Shown in pieces: positions 9,889 to 19,570 of a DNA stretch of 59,317 bases. The position numbers and the translations under genes are program-made. A model generated the notes under the pieces. That model searched no databases. It was given only the letters and a program-made list of their open reading frames with translations, and was not told the DNA's origin. The first letter of the stretch is position 1, and each line of letters opens with the position of its first letter. The DNA is taken from sequence record SRR20825019_2655. One strand, 5' to 3'.

Positions 9889-11054
9889 CAGGAGGTGCGC
9901 GTTTGTCGCGAACCAAAGAAGCGGCGCCAGCTTAATGCGAATCCGGTGTAGACGAGCACGAGGGAGGCGGCTGAGGCGATGCTCGCGATGATCTTGCCGG
10001 TTAAGCCGAAAGCACCGCCGGTGTGGATAAAGCGAATCCAAACGCGAGTTTGCAGAGCCGCGCTGCGATCTTGGAATCGCACGGCTTGAAGCACTTCTCC
10101 GGTATAAGGATCGGCTTTGACGGGTGCGAATGCCCGGCTGGGCATCATATCGGGAATGGTGACTCCAAAATCAAGCGGTGCGGCCAGGGCGGCTGATTCA
10201 ACGGCTTCCGGATATTCCAAAGAGATCGTCTGCCAATTTGGAAACTCCTTTTCGATATGCGCTACGGCAGTTTCGTATTGAATGAGGGGAGTGTCGGGCG
10301 GCGGAGTGGGGACGACAGGTGGTGGCACCGCCATCATCCCATAGTTACGTGATTTCGGAGCCTCTTCCCCGAAGACGGTAAAGACGAGTTTGTGTCCCCA
10401 GGCAAAGGAGATCACCACGGCAGTGGCGGCTAAAACTGCCAACACGGGGAGCGACCAGATGCCGTATACGTTATGCCAATTGAAGTTTCGCGCTTTGGGA
10501 GATTTTGCTTTGGCGAACCATAGGGAACGCTTCAAGACCGCCCATCTCCAGATCCGCGGCCACCAGAGATAACAGCCGGTGAGGCAGAGAATCAGAAAGG
10601 CCAGATTGCAGATGCCGGTGATGAGTTTTCCGATGAGGTAGTGATCACGGCCCATGCCCAACCAGCGATGCCATTCCTCCAAGGTGTGCATGACATCATG
10701 GATATCGTGACCACGGGTTTCCCTGATCTCACCCGTATATGGGTTGATATAATATTTACCGGTCCGGCCGATGTAAGCGATATAGGCGGCCTCCGCATCC
10801 CGGGGTATCGTGATACGAGTGATCTCCAAGTTAAACTCAGACTCACGAGCGAGCGTTTTGATCTCGGCGAGTGAAAGGGGAAGCGTGGTTTCCGACGGTG
10901 CGGTAATCCGACTTACATCGCGGTCGGCCCATTCGAGGATCTCTTCCTCAAACGCGATGGCGATCCCGGTGACCGACATTATCGCAATGACGATTCCGGC
11001 GACCAACCCCGAAGCGAGATGGATCCAAAAGATGGACTGACGCAATGTAGGCAT
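9888..11054 (-). CDS. Second PepSY-associated TM helix protein
   Basis: WIHLASG, EWHRWLG, TGCYLWWP, NWHNVYG, FIHTGGAFG. Confidence 0.9.
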   Translation of the reverse strand: MPTLRQSIFWIHLASGLVAGIVIAIMSVTGIAIAFEEEILEWADRDVSRITAPSETTLPLSLAEIKTLARESEFNLEITRITIPRDAEAAYIAYIGRTGKYYINPYTGEIRETRGHDIHDVMHTLEEWHRWLGMGRDHYLIGKLITGICNLAFLILCLTGCYLWWPRIWRWAVLKRSLWFAKAKSPKARNFNWHNVYGIWSLPVLAVLAATAVVISFAWGHKLVFTVFGEEAPKSRNYGMMAVPPPVVPTPPPDTPLIQYETAVAHIEKEFPNWQTISLEYPEAVESAALAAPLDFGVTIPDMMPSRAFAPVKADPYTGEVLQAVRFQDRSAALQTRVWIRFIHTGGAFGLTGKIIASIASAASLVLVYTGFALSWRRFFGSRQTRTS

Positions 11055-11075
11055 TGAGATTAGCAGTTGGCGGAT

Positions 11076-13061
11076 CTAGAATTTAAAGGAGGCGCTGACG
11101 CGGATGTCGCGTCCGGGCTCGTAAGCGCCGACGACACCAGCAAAGCCGGGGAACGCCTGCAAATCTTCCAGGCTGCCATGGCTGCGGTAAAGCTTGTCGA
11201 AGGCGTTTTTAACCGTGAGCGAAAGGGTGAGGGCGTCGAAGTTATGTGGTGACCAGCGAACGTAAAAATCGTGGATAACATAGCCGGGTTTGTCGACGGT
11301 GCCACCGACGATACCACTGATATTGTCGGGAATGAGGATATTGTCGATGCCCTGCACGAGACGGGTGTTCCAACCGAGATCGAGGTCAGCCAGAGGTCGC
11401 CAAGTGGCGTCGGCCACCCAAGTATCTCCAATACTGGAAACGACCGAGCCGTATTGATAACGAATGGCTACGCGATCATCGAGGGTGGTGTCGGCGTGGT
11501 TGTATTGGAGGCTCAGATTGGTGGTCCGGGTAGCGTGACCCGCACGGGCAAAGAAACCCTTGGTTTCCAGATCGCCCACATTGGTATAAAGACGGCCCCA
11601 GGGCACATCGTTGCTGACCACGTCTTCGATCAGATTGTGGTAAGCACCGGCTTCCAGACTGACACCGTTGTTCTGATAGAGAAAACGCAGTTCATAATTG
11701 CGGGAGCTTTCCGCTTTGAGATCAGGATCGTTATTGTGGATATCCACCCGGAAGGCATCCGCGATTTGGGTGCCGCGGTAAGCGGTGGCGGCACTGGCCA
11801 TGATGCTGAATTCCTTGGTGGCCTGCCAGGTGAGACCGGCATTGGGGCTGAAACCGGATTGATCGAAATTTTGTCCGGCGAGGTCGGTTAGTTCGTAGCG
11901 ATCGTAGCGGGCACCGAGGCTGAGTGAGATTTGATCGGATAGTTCGATTTTATCCTGAACAAAGAGACCGGACACGGAGCCTTTTTCACCAACCGAGTCC
12001 GGATCGGTATCGGGACCGGCGGAGACTTCATCGGTGCGGTGATCGATTCCGTAAACCAGTTCCTGACGATGGAGTCGTTGGGTATTGCGCAGATCTAATT
12101 GCACGGTTTCCACCGCACCTTCGTAGGGGCCCCAGGGGCCGATTTGCAGGAGACCTGCTTTGGAATAGCTGAGAGTGGCGTTGAGATCGAGCGGGCCTTC
12201 AACGTCGGGGCGCAACCCATAATTGAGGGTGGCAGTGCGACGATTGGTTTCCATATAATATTGAGGATTGGATGGTCCCGGACCCCATTCGGGGCGACGC
12301 AACTTGGTGCCTTCCTCGTCGAGTTGCTCAAAGCTCATGCGCAGGGTTTGCCCGTTGCCGAACTCGCCGGTCACCTTGCCCAAGACGACCTGTTGTCGGG
12401 TATCAGATCCGGTCAGGCGGTTGCCGTCCCCATCCTCGATTTCCTCGTGTTCGGAGTAAACGATGGAGACGAGCGAACTCCATTGGTCGGTGAGACGACC
12501 GAAGCCGGTGACGCTGCCCTTGTAGCCGCGGGTGTTGCTGAAATATCCGTATTTCAATAACGCGCCGAACTGCTGGCCGCGTTCGAGCAAATCGGTGGGA
12601 TCCTTGGTGACGAAACGGATCGCGCCACCCAGGGCACCGGGGCCGTCCGGTGCGTTGCCGACGCCGGGCTGCACTTCGATTCGTTTCAAAAGATCCGGTT
12701 CGACGGCGATCCGACCGGTGTGGTGGAAGAGTGATCCGGACTGCGTGGCCCCATCGACGGAGATATTGATCATGTCTTCGCCAAGATTGCGGACATAGAT
12801 CTTTTGGGCCACACCCGTGGAACCGCCGACCGTAATGCTAGCGTCAAGAGACAAGGCATCTTCGAGATCGTTGGCTTGGCGCTGTTCGAGATCGCGTTGA
12901 CTGATTTGCAGGATGCTTTGGGAGCCTTCCGCCGTGACGGTGAAGGGGGCCAATTCAACCAATGGCTCTTGAGCGGTCTCCTGGGCAGGTAGTCCTGCGG
13001 TGCCGCAGGTGAACAGACCCAGAGCCAGAATTTGTGAAAGAGTTGATTTGTAGTGTGTCAT
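11076..13061 (-). CDS. TonB-dependent receptor (FrpB/heme-receptor-like)
   Basis: Signal peptide, plug IYVRNL..ISVDGA, PDLLKRIEVQPG, GALGGAIRFVTKD, C-terminal EPGRDIRVSASFKF. Confidence 0.92.
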   Translation of the reverse strand: MTHYKSTLSQILALGLFTCGTAGLPAQETAQEPLVELAPFTVTAEGSQSILQISQRDLEQRQANDLEDALSLDASITVGGSTGVAQKIYVRNLGEDMINISVDGATQSGSLFHHTGRIAVEPDLLKRIEVQPGVGNAPDGPGALGGAIRFVTKDPTDLLERGQQFGALLKYGYFSNTRGYKGSVTGFGRLTDQWSSLVSIVYSEHEEIEDGDGNRLTGSDTRQQVVLGKVTGEFGNGQTLRMSFEQLDEEGTKLRRPEWGPGPSNPQYYMETNRRTATLNYGLRPDVEGPLDLNATLSYSKAGLLQIGPWGPYEGAVETVQLDLRNTQRLHRQELVYGIDHRTDEVSAGPDTDPDSVGEKGSVSGLFVQDKIELSDQISLSLGARYDRYELTDLAGQNFDQSGFSPNAGLTWQATKEFSIMASAATAYRGTQIADAFRVDIHNNDPDLKAESSRNYELRFLYQNNGVSLEAGAYHNLIEDVVSNDVPWGRLYTNVGDLETKGFFARAGHATRTTNLSLQYNHADTTLDDRVAIRYQYGSVVSSIGDTWVADATWRPLADLDLGWNTRLVQGIDNILIPDNISGIVGGTVDKPGYVIHDFYVRWSPHNFDALTLSLTVKNAFDKLYRSHGSLEDLQAFPGFAGVVGAYEPGRDIRVSASFKF

Positions 13062-13079
13062 GTTCTGTCGGTGAAAAAC

Positions 13080-15104
13080 TTAGAATTTGAAGGAGGTGCT
13101 GACGCGGATGTCGCGTCCGGCCGCCGGGAGTCCGGCGACGCGGCTCAATTGGGAATTGTAGCCGGCAGTGGCCTGATCGACGTAGGCTTTGTTGAATAAA
13201 TTGCGTCCCGAGAGCATGAGGGAGAAACGATCCGAGGGATGCCATTCGACTGAGGCGCCGTGGACTGTATAACCGCTTTTGGTCGGAATGCCGGTGGGCA
13301 CGTCATCAAAGCCTTCGACCAGCTCAATCGACCATCCGAAGCGTAGATCAGCGGGGCGGAGTTCGTAGCTGAATTGACTCGTCCAGGCGCGTCCATAGGC
13401 GGCCCCGAGTCCGAAGCTGGTGTCGGTCAACGAAGTGCCGTTGAGTTCAGGGTCGGAGTCACTCACAGCGAGGCTGCTTGTGAAATCGCCAAACCGAACC
13501 GCGGCACTGACATCGTATCCGGTGACCTTGAGCTTGCCGCCGTTACCACGGAAACCGGGCTGATCGAGACTGCTGTTTACGATGACGTCATCGATTTCCT
13601 GCTGATAGGCCGTGGCCGCGAAATGGAAAATGCCGTGAGTGTAGGCGAGACCGATTTCGCCATTGGTGGCTTGTTCGCCATCGATGTGATCTGCGTTCGT
13701 GATGGTGCCCTCATTGGCGGTAATGGCGTCAATCACGGTAGGGCCACGAAACGCGTAACCGTAGGAGCCATTGAGGCTGAGATCCTTGCTGAGAGCATAA
13801 GAGAGACCGAGGGTTGGGCTGATGCCGGAGGCGGTGAAATTTTTCCCGTCTTTGTCGGTGTAGTCGTAACTGTCTGCCCGGAGCCCCAGCGAGACTTGGA
13901 ATGCGTCGGAGACCTGCCATTGATCCTGAATGTAGAGCCCGGCGATATCGACCGTCTCATCGGGGATCGTGACGTAGTTGAGCGGTAAGGCGAATCCGGT
14001 AATGGAACCCCCACCGTTGAAGTTCATCGTGTCGGCCCGATAGTCGGCTCCGTAAATCAGGGTGTGATTTTCTTCAGCTCCGAAAACCATGCCGTAGCGC
14101 ACATCGAGACCGAGACTGGCGTAGCCCATATCATACTGTCCTTTGTGATGAGTGATATTGTCGGTCGAATAGGCCGTGGCTTCCAATCCGCGTTTGGAGT
14201 CATCGGGAGATTGGCGGTAAGTGGCCGTAATCGTGTCACGGCTGAACACCATATCGATGGGATTGTTGGGAGCGACGGGATGGTTGAAGTAGCCGTAAAA
14301 ATTCGGCCGGTGGCGGAAGGTGCCCTTGTCTTCAATCGTTTCGTAGGAGAACGAGAAGGCGTGCTGACCATCGCTTGACTGGGCCGTGCTCTTGAGGAAT
14401 GCGCGGGTTTGTTTATGGGCGGTGTATTCGACGGTGTTGCCGTCGCCATCTTTGTAATCGCCTATGTCCAACCAGGTGAATGCCGCGAGCACCGTGGCGG
14501 TTTCACCGACCCGGCCGTAAAGCGCGCCGGTGAGTTTCACGCCGTCGCCATTGGAAAGGTAAGAGGCTTTGTTGAATGAGCCGTATTGCTGATCCTCGGT
14601 CAGAAAATCACCGGCATCCTTGGTCTGAAAACGGATCGCACCGGCGAGAGCCCCCGCCCCTTGGAGCGCGCCCCCGGGACCGGGTTCTACTTCCACGTAT
14701 TTGAGCAATTCGGGCTCGATCGTGAATTGGCTTTGGTGATGGGAGAGGTAGCCACCCTGCGGAGCCCCATCGATGGAGACATTGAGGAGTTTATCCTCGA
14801 TTCCGCGGACATAGATCTTTTCCGCGGCACCGACTCCTCCGCCGACTCGAACGGAAGGGTCCTGCGTGAAGATGTCTTCAAGATCAACCGGTTGGAGACG
14901 ATTGAGATCGTCCTCCGTCACGAGGATGAGCTTTTGAGCCCCAAAAGCGTAGGTTTCTCCCGTGACGATCATCGGCGCGAGATTGACCGTTTCCGGGACG
15001 GTCTCCTCAGCTTGGGCCTGGATCGAGAGCGATGGCAGGACAGTGAATGCGAAAGCGCACAGAGTGTTTCGGATGCTTTTGAGGGTCTGAAGATTCGGGT
15101 TCAT
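13080..15104 (-). CDS. TonB-dependent receptor, paralog of 11076..13061
   Basis: IYVRGI..VSIDGA, PELLKYVEVEPG, GALAGAIRFQTKD, C-terminal GRDIRVSTSFKF. Confidence 0.92.
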   Translation of the reverse strand: MNPNLQTLKSIRNTLCAFAFTVLPSLSIQAQAEETVPETVNLAPMIVTGETYAFGAQKLILVTEDDLNRLQPVDLEDIFTQDPSVRVGGGVGAAEKIYVRGIEDKLLNVSIDGAPQGGYLSHHQSQFTIEPELLKYVEVEPGPGGALQGAGALAGAIRFQTKDAGDFLTEDQQYGSFNKASYLSNGDGVKLTGALYGRVGETATVLAAFTWLDIGDYKDGDGNTVEYTAHKQTRAFLKSTAQSSDGQHAFSFSYETIEDKGTFRHRPNFYGYFNHPVAPNNPIDMVFSRDTITATYRQSPDDSKRGLEATAYSTDNITHHKGQYDMGYASLGLDVRYGMVFGAEENHTLIYGADYRADTMNFNGGGSITGFALPLNYVTIPDETVDIAGLYIQDQWQVSDAFQVSLGLRADSYDYTDKDGKNFTASGISPTLGLSYALSKDLSLNGSYGYAFRGPTVIDAITANEGTITNADHIDGEQATNGEIGLAYTHGIFHFAATAYQQEIDDVIVNSSLDQPGFRGNGGKLKVTGYDVSAAVRFGDFTSSLAVSDSDPELNGTSLTDTSFGLGAAYGRAWTSQFSYELRPADLRFGWSIELVEGFDDVPTGIPTKSGYTVHGASVEWHPSDRFSLMLSGRNLFNKAYVDQATAGYNSQLSRVAGLPAAGRDIRVSTSFKF

Positions 15105-15149
15105 TCTAAATTGAGTGACGTGAAAGATTGGAGATATTGGTTGGGAGTA

Positions 15150-15164
15150 TAAGACTCAGTCTCA
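15150..15164. promoter_or_regulatory. Fur-like 7-1-7 box
   Basis: TAAGACT-C-AGTCTCA, a near-perfect inverted repeat upstream of the receptor at 15104. Confidence 0.65.
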
Positions 15165-15175
15165 GTTGAAGTTTT

Positions 15176-15212
15176 AAAAGAAGGCGGCTTGGTTTGCGCC
15201 GAAAGCCGCCTT
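15176..15212 (-). terminator. Intrinsic terminator after the FecA-like receptor
   Basis: AAGGCGGCTT...AAGCCGCCTT stem followed by CTTTT on the minus strand. Confidence 0.7.
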
Positions 15213-15235
15213 TTCGTGATCAGGTAAGGGTAACT

Positions 15236-17578
15236 TTAGAACCTAAACTCTACGCCGGCAGTGGCCATGCGGGGAGGGCCGGGACGCGGACCAATCGGGA
15301 CACGCGAGCTGATGTATTCGCGGTCGAGGAGGTTGGTGATGGCGAGTTTGAGTTTCGTGCTTTCGCTCAAGCGGTAGTGCACGGAGAGGTCGAGCAGGAA
15401 GAAGGCATCGACGGATCCATAACGACTATCGGCGTGCGGTTGCAGTCCGGGCGCTGAACTCGCGTCGGGGTTGATCTGCGCGTCACTGTTGTTGGCGGAA
15501 GCGTAGGTGCTCGGTTGATAATAGGCGTCAAAGCGAGCACCCCAGGCATTCCTTTCAATCCCGGTGCCGAGCGCGATTTGGTAGGTGGGGATGTATGGGA
15601 GAGCGTTACCTTTGCGCCCGCCTGAGAAGATCGATTCGGCGACATCGCCACCGTTGCCTGACGCGTTGACATCGTTTCCGAGGACGGCGCGCGACCAGGT
15701 GGCGCTGAAATTCCACGGATTTCGAATCATCCAGCCACGGCTGACCGATGGGTCGTAACTGAGGGCCAATTCGATTCCCGAAGAATTGACTTCGCCAATA
15801 TTTTGAGTGACGCCCGCGCTCCCACCACCACCTGAATTGGCTTCGACGATCAGGTCGTTAAACGCGGTGTGAAACGCGACAAGCTCGGCAGAGAAATCCT
15901 GATGGTTGTTGTAACGCACACCGGCTTCAAAACTCAGTGAGGTCTCTTCTTCGAGCGTGTTGCCGGCACTGCCGGGGCCGGGAGGCGAGATGCCACGATG
16001 CACGCCGCCAAACCACGTGATTTGTTCATCGGCGTGCCAAGTGAGCCCGAGGCCGGGCGCGACAGTGGTGAGGTTTTTTTCGGTAACTGAAGTCACCGCG
16101 CCCAAACTCGCGGGATCGGTGCTGCGACGAATGTCGGTATAATCGATGCGCTCGATGCGCAATCCGGGCGTGATGGCCAGACGTCCGATTGTGATGGTAT
16201 CCTGAATAAAGAAAGCAAGGGCGTTACTTTCCGCCCGGCGATTGTCTTGGGTTCCGGGAGTGCCGGGACTCGTTAGCGTCGCGCTGCCATCGGCGGCTTG
16301 AGTGTAAATATCCTGCCATTGGAAACGGTCGATGAAATCGCGATGCAGGCGCAGTCCGGTTTCGATGCGATGTGTGGAAGTGTTGCTTGTGAGATCCCAG
16401 GTCGCGTGAGCCTCGAGACCTTGTGCTTCATAGGTGCGATTATTCGCGCGCACGCGAAGATATCCGGACGCACCGCCCCGGAGCACAGCAAGGAGGTCGG
16501 CTCCATGTTCACCGGCAAGAGATTCGGCGATGTTTTTGAAACCACTGGTGAGGGTGCCGGCGTCGTTTAGTTTATACCAGTTGCGGGCAAATGTGGTCTG
16601 GTAAGCGGTGAGGGACAGTTTGAACTCGTCGGTCGCGCGCACGGTGTAGCGCAAGGAGAGGCGTTCCTGATCAGTAGCGATATTGTCGTAGCGGGTCGCG
16701 GCGTAGCGCTGATGAGGATCGGTGCGGAAATCGATTTCCGTGAGACCCAGATAAGTCTCATCGGCTTCAATGTCGGTGCGCCCATATTTAAATTCAATGG
16801 ACTGGGGATTGGCGGTATCGAGATTAAGGCGAAATTTTATCATCGGTTCATTGCGCGTGAAACCGGTCGCGTCGCTGCCGGAATAGCCTCCGCCGGTCGC
16901 AGCGTTGATTGTTTTGAAACCGTCGGTTTCGCGGTAAACGTTTTCGACGAGGTAGCCGAAGCTGCCCCATGCGGTGGCGGTCGTGCCTCCGTAATTGGCG
17001 TGCAGCCGGATATCGTTGTGGCTGCCGTATGCTGCGCTGATGAAACCGCCAGCCGTGCCCGGAATCGGCGTGGAGAGATAGTTGATCACACCGCCAGTGG
17101 TTTCCGGACCGTATTTGATCTGGCTCGAACCTTTGAGGATTTCGAGACCGCTCATGCGTCCCACATTGGGGGTATAATAGGCAGCTGGGGCAGAGTAGGC
17201 GGCTGGGGCCATCAGAATGCCGTCTTCCATAATCGTGAGCTTGCTGTTGCGGGTGGTGGAAACGCCACGCAATGAAACGTTGGGGAAAAGTCCGTAACCG
17301 TCTTCCTGACGAATATGCACACCGGGGATTCGACGGATGACCTGATTGAGATCATCGTAGGAGAAGTCGCGGATTTCGGCTGCATCAATAAATGAGCCCG
17401 AACCGGGGAGCCGTTCGACGTTTTCCTTCGAACCGATGACGGAGATGCCTTCGAGGAGCAATGGGTCGGAGCCGTCGGTGACCAGCTGGGACGCTGAGTC
17501 GGTAGTTTGCGCTCCGATCGTGCCAGGGAAAAGCCCGAGACAGAGCAGAGCAGAAAGTAATTTTGTAGCTGGTTTCAT
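15236..17578 (-). CDS. TonB-dependent receptor, FecA-like
   Basis: Probable start MKPATKLL; RQEDGYGLFPNVSLRG, MEDGILMAPAAYSAPAAYYTP, EILKGSSQIKYGP; C-terminal F. Confidence 0.9.
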   Translation of the reverse strand: MKPATKLLSALLCLGLFPGTIGAQTTDSASQLVTDGSDPLLLEGISVIGSKENVERLPGSGSFIDAAEIRDFSYDDLNQVIRRIPGVHIRQEDGYGLFPNVSLRGVSTTRNSKLTIMEDGILMAPAAYSAPAAYYTPNVGRMSGLEILKGSSQIKYGPETTGGVINYLSTPIPGTAGGFISAAYGSHNDIRLHANYGGTTATAWGSFGYLVENVYRETDGFKTINAATGGGYSGSDATGFTRNEPMIKFRLNLDTANPQSIEFKYGRTDIEADETYLGLTEIDFRTDPHQRYAATRYDNIATDQERLSLRYTVRATDEFKLSLTAYQTTFARNWYKLNDAGTLTSGFKNIAESLAGEHGADLLAVLRGGASGYLRVRANNRTYEAQGLEAHATWDLTSNTSTHRIETGLRLHRDFIDRFQWQDIYTQAADGSATLTSPGTPGTQDNRRAESNALAFFIQDTITIGRLAITPGLRIERIDYTDIRRSTDPASLGAVTSVTEKNLTTVAPGLGLTWHADEQITWFGGVHRGISPPGPGSAGNTLEEETSLSFEAGVRYNNHQDFSAELVAFHTAFNDLIVEANSGGGGSAGVTQNIGEVNSSGIELALSYDPSVSRGWMIRNPWNFSATWSRAVLGNDVNASGNGGDVAESIFSGGRKGNALPYIPTYQIALGTGIERNAWGARFDAYYQPSTYASANNSDAQINPDASSAPGLQPHADSRYGSVDAFFLLDLSVHYRLSESTKLKLAITNLLDREYISSRVPIGPRPGPPRMATAGVEFRF

Positions 17579-17598
17579 CAATGAGGCCTCCATGAAGA

Positions 17599-17648
17599 TG
17601 AGACGCAGTATCAAGTCAATGGCTTATTGAGAATAAAACTCAGTTTCT
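17599..17648. promoter_or_regulatory. Cluster of Fur-like boxes in the divergent promoter
   Basis: TGAGACGCAGTATCA (17599) plus overlapping TGAGAATAAAACTCA (17628) and TAAAACTCAGTTTCT (17634). Confidence 0.55.
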
Positions 17649-17709
17649 TTAATTAGCGCTGTATCTAGCTAGTAATTGACGAGTTGTGATTGGGAGGGTT
17701 TACCAAAGC

Positions 17710-18795
17710 ATGGTCGAAAATCTTACCGTCCAACTTGGAGAACGGAGTTACCCCATCAGCTTTGGCGATACTCTCGGGAAAGAAATCCGAGGGATGGTCG
17801 GTGCATTGCAGGCCGCAGGTCGCAAGGTGGTGGTGCTCACTGATGAGAATGTCGCTTCCACTCAGGCAAATTTTCTGGCCGGTGCCTTGGATGACTGTCC
17901 CCGATTAGTCGTCGCGGCTGGAGAGAATACGAAGTCGCTTGAAGCGTTTGGCACGGTGCTCGATTTTCTGGCCGCCCAGAAAGTAGATCGCGGCGGTGTG
18001 TTGATCGCCGTGGGCGGCGGGGTGATTGGTGACTTGGGCGGCTTTGCTGCCGCAGCCTACTTACGCGGAATCGATTTTTATCAGGTGCCCACGACGCTGC
18101 TCGCGATGGTGGACAGTTCGGTGGGTGGAAAAACCGGGATCAATTTGGCGGCGGGGAAGAATCTCGTCGGTGCCTTTCACCAACCCAAGCAAGTCTTCAT
18201 CGCGACCTCACTGCTGCAGACACTCTCCGATCGAGAGTTTGCTGCGGGGATGGCCGAGGTGATTAAATACGGTTTGCTCTACGATGGGTCGCTTTTCACG
18301 GAGCTCGAAAAGAACCCGCTCAATGACAGAAGCGATTCACTGTCGGTCGTGGTGCGTCGCTGCTGCGAGATCAAGGCGAAGATCGTCGCGGATGATGAAC
18401 GTGAAACGGCGAAGGAGGGTGGGCGCGCGCTCTTGAATCTGGGACATACCTTTGGGCACGCGATTGAGCAGGTAGCCGGTTACGGTGTTTATCTGCACGG
18501 AGAGGCGATCGGGATTGGCTTGGCGGCGGCCGCCAGATTGTCACAGAAATTGGGACATCTGACCGCAGACGAAGTTGCCCGTATTGAAGCGGTGATTGAG
18601 GCGCATCAATTGCCTGTGCGGCTGCGCGAACCGATGCCGTTGACTGATCTCATGGATGCGGTGGCGAGGGACAAGAAGGTGCGCGCCGGCCTGCCGCGAT
18701 TCGTGGTGATGACGGCGATCGGCACCACGGTGACGAAGAGCGATGTGGAGCCTGCGATGGCGGAGGCCTGTTTCCGCGAAGTCGGAGCCGTTTGA
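17710..18795 (+). CDS. aroB: 3-dehydroquinate synthase
   Basis: GGGVIGDLGGF, VPTTLLAMVDSSVGGKTGIN, KNLVGAFHQP, LNLGHTFGHAIE. Confidence 0.97.
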   Translation: MVENLTVQLGERSYPISFGDTLGKEIRGMVGALQAAGRKVVVLTDENVASTQANFLAGALDDCPRLVVAAGENTKSLEAFGTVLDFLAAQKVDRGGVLIAVGGGVIGDLGGFAAAAYLRGIDFYQVPTTLLAMVDSSVGGKTGINLAAGKNLVGAFHQPKQVFIATSLLQTLSDREFAAGMAEVIKYGLLYDGSLFTELEKNPLNDRSDSLSVVVRRCCEIKAKIVADDERETAKEGGRALLNLGHTFGHAIEQVAGYGVYLHGEAIGIGLAAAARLSQKLGHLTADEVARIEAVIEAHQLPVRLREPMPLTDLMDAVARDKKVRAGLPRFVVMTAIGTTVTKSDVEPAMAEACFREVGAV

Positions 18796-18939
18796 TTTTG
18801 GAAAGCGGATTTTCGATTTTTGGGATCGTGGCACTGGATTGCTTTTCGTCCGCTTAATCTGTTATTAGTCCTTTCCTGTTCGTTGACGTCGCCTCTGCGA
18901 GTCATTCCAAACTCCGAAATCTAAACTCCAAAATCTACC

Positions 18940-19566
18940 ATGGCCGCCATTGATGAAGGAATCGTCCGCGAGTATTTTGAGCAGAACGGATTTCTGGTGC
19001 GTCAGATGAGGAAGTATCAGGTGCAGGCGCGTCGTAAAACGAGCGATGAAGAGATTGATCTGCTGGTTTATAATCCCGCCTGGAAACGGGGAGCGAAGAA
19101 GCCGGATTTCTTTTTGTTTTCGAACGAGCTGCCTTTTATCCATCGCGCGGTGGTCGCGGTGAAACCGTGGCACACGGATGTGTTTTCCCCGGGAATGCTC
19201 AAGAGCAGTCCGGAGATCTTTCGATTTTTGGAAGAGAAGGTTTTGAAAGAAGCTGCCCGGTTTTTTCCTTCAGAGCTGGAGGATAATACCGGCGACGAAC
19301 TGACGAAGATTCTCGTGTTGCCGGGGCTGCCGACCGCGGAACCGTTTCGTTCGCAGAGTGTCGAGGTGCTGAAGGAACGCGGGGTGGATGGCATCATCTC
19401 CTTCCGTTCGATGCTGTTGGATCTGATTGATAAGGTGGAAGTGAACCGCAGCTATCGTAAGAGTGATACCCTGCAAGTGATCCGAATTTTGAAAAACTAC
19501 GACCTCCTCAAGGACGCCCAGCTCGACATGTTCCCGGAACGCGGAGCGAAACGCACGCGCATCTAA
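18940..19566 (+). CDS. Hypothetical protein, possible PD-(D/E)XK-like fold
   Basis: 208 aa, 4 bp before lpxA; IVREYFE...EIDLLV...AVVAVK pattern. Confidence 0.7.
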   Translation: MAAIDEGIVREYFEQNGFLVRQMRKYQVQARRKTSDEEIDLLVYNPAWKRGAKKPDFFLFSNELPFIHRAVVAVKPWHTDVFSPGMLKSSPEIFRFLEEKVLKEAARFFPSELEDNTGDELTKILVLPGLPTAEPFRSQSVEVLKERGVDGIISFRSMLLDLIDKVEVNRSYRKSDTLQVIRILKNYDLLKDAQLDMFPERGAKRTRI

Positions 19567-19570
19567 TTTT

